Of a stretch of DNA of 64,000 nucleotides, positions 1-7,526 are shown piece by piece. The notes under the pieces are model-generated. The model searched no databases, was not told the origin of the DNA, and saw only the letters and a program-made list of their open reading frames with translations. Position numbers and translations under genes: made by a program. Each line of letters opens with the position of its first letter. Position 1 is the first letter of the stretch. The stretch covers positions 1 through 64,000 of the IMG/VR virus record IMGVR_UViG_3300013105_000003; one strand, given 5' to 3'. The stretch comes from a virus. Lineage: Duplodnaviria; Caudoviricetes.

Positions 1-148
1 GCAGAAGAAGCTACGACTCAAGTCAGACGGTATCATAGGCTCAGGTACTGCCAAGGCTATCCAGAGGTGGCTAGGAGTATCACAGGATGGTATAATGGGC
101 GTAAGAACAGTGAAAGCTCTCCAGAGGAAGTTGAACACTCTGGTTTGA
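1..148 (+). CDS. 3' end of probable endolysin (tandem peptidoglycan-binding repeats), partial
   Basis: Frame from nt 2 reads QKKLRLKSDGIIGSGTAKAIQRWLGVSQDGIMGVRTVKALQRKLNTLV*: two DGxxGxxTxxAxQ PG_binding_1-type repeats, followed by a terminator. Confidence 0.75.
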   Translation, partial: QKKLRLKSDGIIGSGTAKAIQRWLGVSQDGIMGVRTVKALQRKLNTLV

Positions 149-159
149 TGTGGTACACT

Positions 160-204
160 TCATCCCCTGCCTTCAATCTCACGAGAGGGCAGGGGATGAT
201 TTTT
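160..204 (+). terminator. intrinsic terminator
   Basis: TCATCCCCTGCC...GGCAGGGGATGA inverted repeat followed by TTTTT. Confidence 0.85.
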
Positions 205-210
205 ACCCTG

Positions 211-240
211 TTGACTTCTACAAACACTCTGTGGTAAGGT
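211..240 (+). promoter_or_regulatory. sigma70/sigmaA-type promoter, likely leaderless transcript
   Basis: TTGACT-N18-TAAGGT with TGn extension; ATG at 248 with no SD. Confidence 0.7.
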
Positions 241-247
241 ATGATCC

Positions 248-664
248 ATGAACTTCTTCTTGAATTCCCTGCTGCCTACCTGGTTAGCTGTAACTATTAT
301 CTTCTATGCATTTAGCATAAGTGCTCATGGAATCACTTGGGGAGATATGTTTGAGCCTGGTATGAATAGTCCAAGTAATAATAAGATGAGCAGTATAGCA
401 AAGATTAGGGCAGTAAAGTTTTATCTTCGTGATGTTCCTCTTTGGCCTATTACACTACCTGTAATTGTATTTAAGAGTGCTATGAAGTTCCGTAAGATCT
501 ATCTTGGTTGGAAGGAAGAAGCTAACGCAGAGGCTCTAGACTCTTTGAATAGTCAGCTCATAGCTTTAGAAGAGTCTATAGATAAAAAGAATAAACTAGA
601 TAAGAAGGCACAAGAAACTCGTGGTAGATACCAAGCGTTCTTGACAAAATACAAGAGTCTATGA
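248..664 (+). CDS. hypothetical membrane protein
   Basis: 138-aa ORF, hydrophobic N-terminal segment, coiled-coil C-terminus. Confidence 0.7.
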   Translation: MNFFLNSLLPTWLAVTIIFYAFSISAHGITWGDMFEPGMNSPSNNKMSSIAKIRAVKFYLRDVPLWPITLPVIVFKSAMKFRKIYLGWKEEANAEALDSLNSQLIALEESIDKKNKLDKKAQETRGRYQAFLTKYKSL

Positions 665-670
665 TATGCT
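641..670 (+). promoter_or_regulatory. sigma70/sigmaA-type promoter for tRNA cluster
   Basis: TTGACA-N18-TATGCT with TGn extension, directly upstream of tRNA-His. Confidence 0.7.
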
Positions 671-676
671 TATGGC

Positions 677-751
677 GGTGGCTATAGCTTAAAGGTAAAG
701 CGCCTGACCGTGGATCAGGAGAAGAGGGATCATTACCCTCTAGTCACACCA
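677..751 (+). tRNA. tRNA-His (GTG), non-canonical features
   Basis: G-1, acceptor GTGGCTA/TAGTCAC, anticodon arm CCTGA-CCGTGGA-TCAGG, T arm GAGGG-ATCATTA-CCCTC, encoded CCA. Confidence 0.85.
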
Positions 752-752
752 A

Positions 753-824
753 GCCAGTATGGTGTAATGGAAAACACAAGAGCCTTCTAAGCTTTTGATC
801 TAGGTTCGATTCCTAGTACTGGTA
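753..824 (+). tRNA. tRNA-Arg (TCT)
   Basis: acceptor GCCAGTA/TACTGGT, anticodon arm AGAGC-CTTCTAA-GCTTT, GGTTCGATTCC T arm; no encoded CCA. Confidence 0.9.
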
Positions 825-832
825 CGTTAAAT

Positions 833-906
833 GCGACTATAGCTCAGTCAGGTAGAGCACTGTCCTTCCAAGTCAGGTGTCGTCGGTTCAAATCCGACTG
901 GTCGCT
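833..906 (+). tRNA. tRNA-Gly (TCC)
   Basis: acceptor GCGACTA/TGGTCGC, U discriminator, anticodon loop CTTCCAA, GGTTCAAATCC T arm; no encoded CCA. Confidence 0.9.
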
Positions 907-925
907 CTTTATGAAAGGTACTATT

Positions 926-1234
926 ATGAAATGCTACGCATGTGAGGTAGAGCTAGAACCTGAAGGTGGGTTCACTACAGATTACCAATTTGATAATGCT
1001 CTGTGGATTGGCTTTCATGGTGGTTATGGTATGTTCATAGATACCATGCAGCGTACCGAAATTTTGAAGGCACAAGAAGAGGCTGTTATCTGCCATGAGT
1101 GTGCTCATGCTCTTTGTGATAAAGTTCCTTGGATAAGTAAGCTTCTATACCCACACGGGTCTCACTCTCACAAAGCCTCTTATAGAGAAGAGCACCCTAA
1201 TCACTATGGATGGGATTACGATATATCATGGTAG
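926..1234 (+). CDS. hypothetical protein, putative Zn-binding
   Basis: CxxC (CYAC) and CHEC motifs; start at 926 follows GAAAGG. Confidence 0.65.
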   Translation: MKCYACEVELEPEGGFTTDYQFDNALWIGFHGGYGMFIDTMQRTEILKAQEEAVICHECAHALCDKVPWISKLLYPHGSHSHKASYREEHPNHYGWDYDISW

Positions 1235-1755
1235 ATGTTTCAAAGGTAGCGGCACAGCTAGATTTTCTGGCCAATCATTTTGTAGAGGAGCCTTGGAAGG
1301 TAGATGACCCTGATGCAGAGCATACTGTTAAGGGACTAACTACAAGTTGGGTTATCAACTATAATAAACTAAGTACTCGGGTAAAGCGCGCCTCTACGTG
1401 GATTTTCCATAAGAACAGTCAACTAGATCATCTATTTTATGAATTAGATGAGAGGTCAGTTCCATTCTTTATCTATAAAATCCAGTCTAATTTTAGAATG
1501 TTCCTGTACCATCTAAAGAAGGAAAGTAATAAGCCAGACTATTCTTTGCGTGACGGTACTGTAGTTGCCGTATGGGCAGAGACTGGAGATTATCTAATTT
1601 CTGTACAGCCAGCAGTTGGGGATAAGGTAGCCAAGTTCCTCCGTGAGAATCCAACTAATCCTTACGCTATCGAGGTTGCTGAAGAGATTCAAAAGGGCTG
1701 GGATGCCGCATACCCAGATCAGCGACATAAGACAATGTATAAGGAAACAGAGTGA
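1210..1755 (+). CDS. hypothetical protein
   Basis: 181-aa ORF tightly packed between neighbours (start may be 1228). Confidence 0.65.
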   Translation: MGLRYIMVDVSKVAAQLDFLANHFVEEPWKVDDPDAEHTVKGLTTSWVINYNKLSTRVKRASTWIFHKNSQLDHLFYELDERSVPFFIYKIQSNFRMFLYHLKKESNKPDYSLRDGTVVAVWAETGDYLISVQPAVGDKVAKFLRENPTNPYAIEVAEEIQKGWDAAYPDQRHKTMYKETE

Positions 1756-2414
1756 GCATCTCAGAGTTAGAGCAACTGCTCTCTGATAAGAGTCAGTTGG
1801 TATATGCTGCTCAGGGGCAAAAGAAGTACTTAGAGTCTCGTGTCACGGAGTTAGAGAATGAGACAGAGGCTCTTCTGGAGACAGTGAAGACGCTAGACGC
1901 TGCCTCTGCCTTCATTTCTAACTTTGCAGACTCTCGTGAGCTACTTATCCACCGTCACCTTGAGGATATCGTCTCACAGGGCCTACAGGATATCTTCGGA
2001 GAGGATCTGCGTCTAAAGGTAGACCAGAAGATAGTAGGAAAGCGTGTTGAGGTCAAATTCAAGCTGGTCTCCAAGTACGGAGACCAGGAGGTAGAGACCG
2101 ATATCCTATCATCTCGCGGTGGTGGAGTAGCTGCTGTCTGTGGGTTCCTGCTGCGTGTAGTCATGCTACTACTCTTGAACAAGGAGTATGGAACCTCTAA
2201 GGTACTCCTCTTGGACGAGGCGTTCGGTCAGGTTTCCGCAGACTACGAAGAGAACGTAGCCATTCTACTAGGTCAGCTAGCAGATCAGTATGGCGTACAG
2301 ATCATCCACGTCACACACTCAGCGTCTGGAGTCTATGAAGAGCATTCAGACACTGTATACAGATCTTCCTCCAAGGATGGAACCACTACCTACAGTAAAA
2401 TCTCTGGGGCATGA
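1752..2414 (+). CDS. Rad50/SbcC/gp46-like ABC ATPase, C-terminal half only
   Basis: coiled coil, then signature LSSRGGG, Walker B/D-loop LLLDEAFGQV and H-loop HVTHS; no Walker A. Confidence 0.75.
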   Translation: MSISELEQLLSDKSQLVYAAQGQKKYLESRVTELENETEALLETVKTLDAASAFISNFADSRELLIHRHLEDIVSQGLQDIFGEDLRLKVDQKIVGKRVEVKFKLVSKYGDQEVETDILSSRGGGVAAVCGFLLRVVMLLLLNKEYGTSKVLLLDEAFGQVSADYEENVAILLGQLADQYGVQIIHVTHSASGVYEEHSDTVYRSSSKDGTTTYSKISGA

Positions 2415-2415
2415 G

Positions 2416-2423
2416 ACGATACT
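2416..2423 (+). promoter_or_regulatory. variant of phage late-promoter motif (ACGATACT)
   Basis: one mismatch to ACGATAAT, intergenic, upstream of holin-like gene. Confidence 0.45.
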
Positions 2424-2459
2424 ATGGTAGAAACGTTCCCATACCATAAGGAGGACTTT

Positions 2460-3080
2460 ATGTCCGCTAAAGATTTTAAGGATGAGCTATCCATCCTACA
2501 GCGAGAACCTGCTCTCATTACAGGATTCATCACCACCTTCATTGGCCTTCTAGGTGCTGTAGGGCTGCAGGTAGACGATAAGACTACCTCAGCTCTCACA
2601 GCTGTCGTACTGGCTGCCCTAGCCCTTGTAGGTGCTCTAGTGATCCGATCACAGGTAACCCCTGCAGCAGTAGCTAAGGCACAGGTTGAGCTAGCTGCCT
2701 CAGGTGCTAGTGATAGTACCTCTGTAGCTGCTCCTCCCGTTGCTGCTGAGAGCAGTAGCCTAACAGTAGATGCCCCAGCTCCCCAAGTTGAGGACGACCC
2801 CCTCTACGACTCCTCAGCCGTAGTTCCTGAGGCTCCAGAAGACGGTGGTAACCCTTTACAAAGTGACGCCTCAGGTGTGGTAGACTCGACAGAGGAGGGA
2901 GGTCCACTAGACGCTGCTCTAAAGTCTCTTGAAGAGGCTAGTGCAGCTAAGGCAGACGCTCTTAATCAGACAGCCACCGCTCTGAAGGCAGTAAAGGAAG
3001 AAGCCACTAAGGCAGCTTCTGACTACGCAAGTAGAATTGCAGAGGCAGAGCACAAGCTTTCTGAAGAACAAGCTAAGTAA
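2460..3080 (+). CDS. holin-like protein with long acidic C-terminal tail
   Basis: AGGAGG before ATG 2460; REPALI followed by two TM helices and RSQVTP, as in actinophage holins; low-complexity acidic tail. Confidence 0.55.
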   Translation: MSAKDFKDELSILQREPALITGFITTFIGLLGAVGLQVDDKTTSALTAVVLAALALVGALVIRSQVTPAAVAKAQVELAASGASDSTSVAAPPVAAESSSLTVDAPAPQVEDDPLYDSSAVVPEAPEDGGNPLQSDASGVVDSTEEGGPLDAALKSLEEASAAKADALNQTATALKAVKEEATKAASDYASRIAEAEHKLSEEQAK

Positions 3081-3108
3081 TAATTACTATTTCATAAAGG
3101 ATTTTGAG

Positions 3109-3420
3109 TTGTCTGACGAAGAGCTATCAGAAGAAGAGTATGAAGCTGCTGTAGAGGCTGCACAGGAGAATGTCAAGTTGGCTATCTCTACCTACCTGCA
3201 GGTTGCTAAGCAGTCCTCACTACTTGTTACTAAATTTGCTGTAGTGGCAGAGACGTATCAAACAGAAGGTGACGGGCGGATAGAATCAAAGTCTCTTGTT
3301 CACTTTGTTGACAATATGAATCCGTGGGAAGTTCACGGTATGCTCAGTATGGTTAGCAAAGATGTGTGGATGGACTCTAGAGAAACTAGTATCTACTATG
3401 CTGATGACGATGACGAGTAA
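3109..3420 (+). CDS. hypothetical acidic protein
   Basis: ORF with TTG start after AAGGA; fills the gap to the next hairpin. Confidence 0.6.
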   Translation: MSDEELSEEEYEAAVEAAQENVKLAISTYLQVAKQSSLLVTKFAVVAETYQTEGDGRIESKSLVHFVDNMNPWEVHGMLSMVSKDVWMDSRETSIYYADDDDE

Positions 3421-3440
3421 TCCTTAATTTTAGTAAGAAC

Positions 3441-3482
3441 AAGAGACCCTGGCCTGACGGCTGGGGTCTCTTGTGTTATACT
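3441..3482 (+). promoter_or_regulatory. hairpin (possible terminator) overlapping a sigmaA-type promoter
   Basis: AAGAGACCC...GGGTCTCTT stem; CTGACG-N17-TATACT; ATG at 3489 with no SD. Confidence 0.6.
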
Positions 3483-3488
3483 CGTTTC

Positions 3489-4607
3489 ATGGACATTCGT
3501 GAACTCTTCAGCCTAGAAGACGAGAATAAGGCACTAGAGGATGGTTTCCTAACTATCCGTCGCAGTGGTGACCTTCGTGTTTATAACTATTCTGACAAGG
3601 CTGCCATAAGTGCTGAGTCCTGGGAAAACCCAGCAGTGCTAAACTCTCGTGGTCTTATTGTAGATAACTATGATCTTGTGGTAGCTCGTCCGTGGAAGAA
3701 GTTCTTCAACTACAATCAACCACAAGCTGGTGAGCTAGACTATCAGGCACCAGTAGAGGTTACTGATAAAGCTGACGGCTCTCTTGGCATCCTATTCACT
3801 TGGGATGGTGTTAGGGCAGGTATATCTACTCGTGGCTCACTTGAGTCGGATCAGGCACTACACGCACAGAAGCTTCTAGATACACCAGACTCCTTGTGGG
3901 AAGGTTATCGTCAAGGTGATCTTAAGTTCTATGGTGACATTACTCCACTAGTAGAAATTGTTTATCCAGGAAACCGTATTATTTTGAATTACGGAGATAT
4001 GGATAATCTCATCCTTCTCGGGGGTGTCCTTGTGGAGTCAGGGAGGTATGTTGGTCCTGACTATACTGCTAAGGCAATTGGTTGGCTGGGTCTACAGACC
4101 CAAACCTTTGAGTACAGCACCTTGCAGGAAGCACTAGAGGCACCTCCACGACCAAACGCTGAAGGTCTAGTAATTAGATTTCTACTAGAAGACAAGCTAG
4201 TAAAGATTAAGCAAGCAGACTATGTTAGAATGCATAGAGCTTTGTTTGGCATGAATGAACTACGAATTTGGGAAGCTCTCATGGAAGGTGTTCCATTACT
4301 AGATTTACTAGAGCCACTTCCTGATGAGGTTCACGAGTGGGTAAAGAACACCTATGCAGAGTTTGATGCAGCGACCGACGAAGAATTCATTAGACACCTT
4401 AATGAGTATGAGTGCTTGCAATTTGAACTTCCTGAGGACTACACACGTCGTGACTTTGCACAGGCAGTAATGTCAAAGAAAGACTTTGTCTCTACAGTTC
4501 TCTTCAACATAGAGGATGGACAAAACAACAAGGCTTGGTATATACTTCTCAAGAATCTCCGCCCAGCAGGTGGCGGAGACCGACCAACTCTGGAGCAAGC
4601 AAGTTGA
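3489..4607 (+). CDS. RNA ligase, T4 Rnl1-like
   Basis: SRGLIVD, KKFFNY, motif I KADGS, EGLVI, KIK; adjacent to Pnkp. Confidence 0.9.
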   Translation: MDIRELFSLEDENKALEDGFLTIRRSGDLRVYNYSDKAAISAESWENPAVLNSRGLIVDNYDLVVARPWKKFFNYNQPQAGELDYQAPVEVTDKADGSLGILFTWDGVRAGISTRGSLESDQALHAQKLLDTPDSLWEGYRQGDLKFYGDITPLVEIVYPGNRIILNYGDMDNLILLGGVLVESGRYVGPDYTAKAIGWLGLQTQTFEYSTLQEALEAPPRPNAEGLVIRFLLEDKLVKIKQADYVRMHRALFGMNELRIWEALMEGVPLLDLLEPLPDEVHEWVKNTYAEFDAATDEEFIRHLNEYECLQFELPEDYTRRDFAQAVMSKKDFVSTVLFNIEDGQNNKAWYILLKNLRPAGGGDRPTLEQAS

Positions 4608-5515
4608 CTAACAACCTAATTATCTGCAGAGGCATCCCCGCCTCTGGAAAAAGCACTCAATCTAAGAAATGGGTGTCAGAAGACTTTGAGAATCGTGCTC
4701 GTGTTAACAGGGATGACCTTCGATTCACTATTTTCGGAAAGTACGTTGGCCTGACTTGGCAGCAGGAAGAGTTGCTAACCGAGATTGAGCGTGACCTGGT
4801 GAAGACACTCCTACAGTCTGGTAAGGACGTAGTTGTAGACTCTATGTCACTACGGCCTAAGTATGTCCGTGAGTGGATGAAGTTCGCTGACCGTAACAAG
4901 GCCAACCTTGCCGTTTGGGAGTTTCCTATTTCTCTTGAGGACGCTATCAGGCGTGACTCAGAGCGGGATAAGTCTGTTGGTGAGGACGTTCTACGAAATA
5001 TCTGGAATAAGTACACTAAGAAGGGAAAGTTTCTTCCTGTAGAGTACACAGATGCACCTGACCTAGAGTACCTTGAGCCTTACCTGCCTAATCCAGAACT
5101 ACCACCTGCAATTATTATTGATATTGATGGTACCATTGCTCACAATGATGGTCACCGTGGGTGGTACGAGTATGATAAGGTGTACGCAGACAGTCCAAAG
5201 CAAAATGTCATTGATGTTGTTCTTGCCTTGATTAACTCTGGTTACTACCCTGTGTTTTGCAGTGGTCGTACTGATGACTGCTACGATGACACTCTGGCTT
5301 GGATTGAAGAGTACGTAGGTGTTAAGGTTAATACTCTTCTTATGCGCAAGACTGGAGACCGTCGTAAGGACTCCATTATTAAGTATGAGATTTTTAATGA
5401 GCACATTCGCAATAACTACAGAGTTGTTGCAGCTTTTGATGATAGACGACAGGTCACTGAGATGTGGCGTGGCATAGGGCTTACTGTCCTTCAGTGCGAG
5501 TTTGGAGATTACTGA
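4604..5515 (+). CDS. polynucleotide 5'-kinase/3'-phosphatase (T4 Pnkp/PseT-like)
   Basis: P-loop GIPASGKST, NRDDLR, HAD motif DIDGT, FDDR. Confidence 0.92.
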   Translation: MTNNLIICRGIPASGKSTQSKKWVSEDFENRARVNRDDLRFTIFGKYVGLTWQQEELLTEIERDLVKTLLQSGKDVVVDSMSLRPKYVREWMKFADRNKANLAVWEFPISLEDAIRRDSERDKSVGEDVLRNIWNKYTKKGKFLPVEYTDAPDLEYLEPYLPNPELPPAIIIDIDGTIAHNDGHRGWYEYDKVYADSPKQNVIDVVLALINSGYYPVFCSGRTDDCYDDTLAWIEEYVGVKVNTLLMRKTGDRRKDSIIKYEIFNEHIRNNYRVVAAFDDRRQVTEMWRGIGLTVLQCEFGDY

Positions 5516-5517
5516 TA

Positions 5518-5940
5518 GTGAATAAGATTAGTAAGCAAGACTTTGAGGATTTCTACCGTAATGGTAGGGAGCTTGCCTATGTGCAGAACCTGGCAAGTGA
5601 TGACTACGACCAGAAGATATATCTAGAGAAGCCAACAGATAAAGAGGAAGCTAATCTAGTTACTAGCTTGGTGAAGATTAATTCTGGTTTATTCGGAAGC
5701 TCAGACTATATCATGCATCGACCTGTGCTAGACTTAGATATTCCACACAGTCTCATTGAGTCGTCAACCAAGGGTCATAGTCATCTATACTTGGATATTG
5801 ACCTAACATGGTCTGACTATGAAAGGCTCCTAATAGTACTTTGTGACCTAGGAATAATTCAAGAAGGATTCTATGATTCGGCAGTACGGAACATGGCATC
5901 CGCAGTACGTCTACCTTGGGTAAAGAAGAAGTCTAACTAG
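5518..5940 (+). CDS. hypothetical protein
   Basis: ORF with conserved-looking HRPVLDLD..SSTKGHSHLY segment. Confidence 0.65.
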   Translation: MNKISKQDFEDFYRNGRELAYVQNLASDDYDQKIYLEKPTDKEEANLVTSLVKINSGLFGSSDYIMHRPVLDLDIPHSLIESSTKGHSHLYLDIDLTWSDYERLLIVLCDLGIIQEGFYDSAVRNMASAVRLPWVKKKSN

Positions 5941-5962
5941 TTAAAATTACGAAAGAAGTATA

Positions 5963-7009
5963 GTGACAAAACAAGCACTAGCACTTGAGTACCGACCACG
6001 TACCTTTGAGCAGGTAGTAGGTCAGCACACTGTTGTTCCTGTATTACGTGCTTTTGCTAAAAAGAAGACACCACCACCTTTGATGGTATTCTCTGGTCCA
6101 GCAGGTACAGGTAAGACCTCTATGGCTAGGATTCTTGGGGCTGCCCTTAACTGCTCTAACCCAGCACCTGACGGTGATGCTTGTGGAGAGTGCTCACAGT
6201 GTCTCTCCGTGCAAGGCAACTTCTCTATGTCCTACATGGAGTACGATTCAGCTACTAATGGTAAAGTGGCTGATGTACAAAATGTACGAGAAGTTGTCTT
6301 GCACAAGCATGAAGATAACTTTAGAGTCATTGTGTTTGATGAGGCTCACGCTATTACTACCGCTGCATTCAATAGCCTTCTTAAGATATTTGAAGAGCCT
6401 CCTATTAACACAATATTCATTCTAGTGACTACTGATCCTCAGCAGATTCCTAGGACTATCCAGAGCCGTGCTCTGTCTTTTGATTTCAGAATCATACCTA
6501 TTGGTGAGGTTGCTAAGCGTCTACTTTCTATCTCTTCGGAACTTAACTTCCAGGCAGAGCCAACTCTCCTAGCGAAGATTGCCTACTATTCAAAGGGCCA
6601 TATCCGTGACGCTATTATGGAACTGGATAAGTGTTACCGGGTAGGCATGACTTCTGCTAAGGAGTACGATGAGATTACTTTTACAGGTGACTTTTCTAAG
6701 GATATCCTCTACGCAGCTGTTCACAAGGATCACAAAGCACTCTATGAGTCTGTAGAGAATTTCTTTAAGTACTCCTCTGACCTTAAGGAGTTCACCTCAC
6801 AGTTTGTCGATTCTCTCATTGCATTGTCTAAGGCTCTGGTTGGTTTACAAGCTGATGAGCGTACTATGGAGTTGTCTCGTAACATCTCTAAAGATCAAAT
6901 TATGAAGTGTTACGAACTAGTATGGAATATGCAAGATAGAGGGTCTGCTGTTAAGAATCCAAAGTCACAGGCGCATCTATTTACAGAGGTTCTACTCCAG
7001 GTATTGTGA
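5963..7009 (+). CDS. dnaX: DNA polymerase III gamma/tau-like clamp-loader ATPase
   Basis: ALEYRPRTFEQVVGQ, GPAGTGKT, Zn cluster C..CGECSQC, DEAH, AFNSLLKIFEEPP, TIQSR. Confidence 0.92.
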   Translation: MTKQALALEYRPRTFEQVVGQHTVVPVLRAFAKKKTPPPLMVFSGPAGTGKTSMARILGAALNCSNPAPDGDACGECSQCLSVQGNFSMSYMEYDSATNGKVADVQNVREVVLHKHEDNFRVIVFDEAHAITTAAFNSLLKIFEEPPINTIFILVTTDPQQIPRTIQSRALSFDFRIIPIGEVAKRLLSISSELNFQAEPTLLAKIAYYSKGHIRDAIMELDKCYRVGMTSAKEYDEITFTGDFSKDILYAAVHKDHKALYESVENFFKYSSDLKEFTSQFVDSLIALSKALVGLQADERTMELSRNISKDQIMKCYELVWNMQDRGSAVKNPKSQAHLFTEVLLQVL

Positions 7010-7013
7010 AATC

Positions 7014-7021
7014 ACGATAAT
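7014..7021 (+). promoter_or_regulatory. phage late-promoter motif ACGATAAT
   Basis: recurrent intergenic octamer, upstream of terminase genes. Confidence 0.75.
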
Positions 7022-7055
7022 GTGGTATACATATGTCCTAAGGTAAGGAACCACA

Positions 7056-7526
7056 TTGACTGACGACACACTAAATAAGGTAACAGAACTTACCTTTAAT
7101 ACTGGTAAGGAAGTCTCTGTAGGTCAAGAAAAACTTCTAGATTCAACAGGACTAACACCTGCTTTTCAGACAGCACGACAGGATTTATTTCAGTCATTAG
7201 TGTCAGAGAGACCAGACTACGATGTAACTCAGCTTGCTTACATGGAGCGTATATCATATCTACAGGCTCGCATTAAGCAGAAGGAAGCCACTGGTGGGTA
7301 CAGCTCTGAGCAGAATTACACAATGGCTAACAGAACATTGCTTGATACGTTGGCGGCACTCCGTAAGGCTGACTTAGAACGAGAAGACAGAACTAAGTTC
7401 CAGCGTGACTTTATGGAGACAGTAGCCAAGGCTGTCCAGTATGCTACCAAGGATCTTGATGAAGATTCTCAGGATAGAGTGAAGTTCCTCCTTAGCCGTA
7501 AGTTTGAGGAGTTGCTTGGTGGTTAA
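7056..7526 (+). CDS. putative terminase small subunit
   Basis: helical 156-aa ORF directly upstream of and overlapping TerL. Confidence 0.5.
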   Translation: MTDDTLNKVTELTFNTGKEVSVGQEKLLDSTGLTPAFQTARQDLFQSLVSERPDYDVTQLAYMERISYLQARIKQKEATGGYSSEQNYTMANRTLLDTLAALRKADLEREDRTKFQRDFMETVAKAVQYATKDLDEDSQDRVKFLLSRKFEELLGG

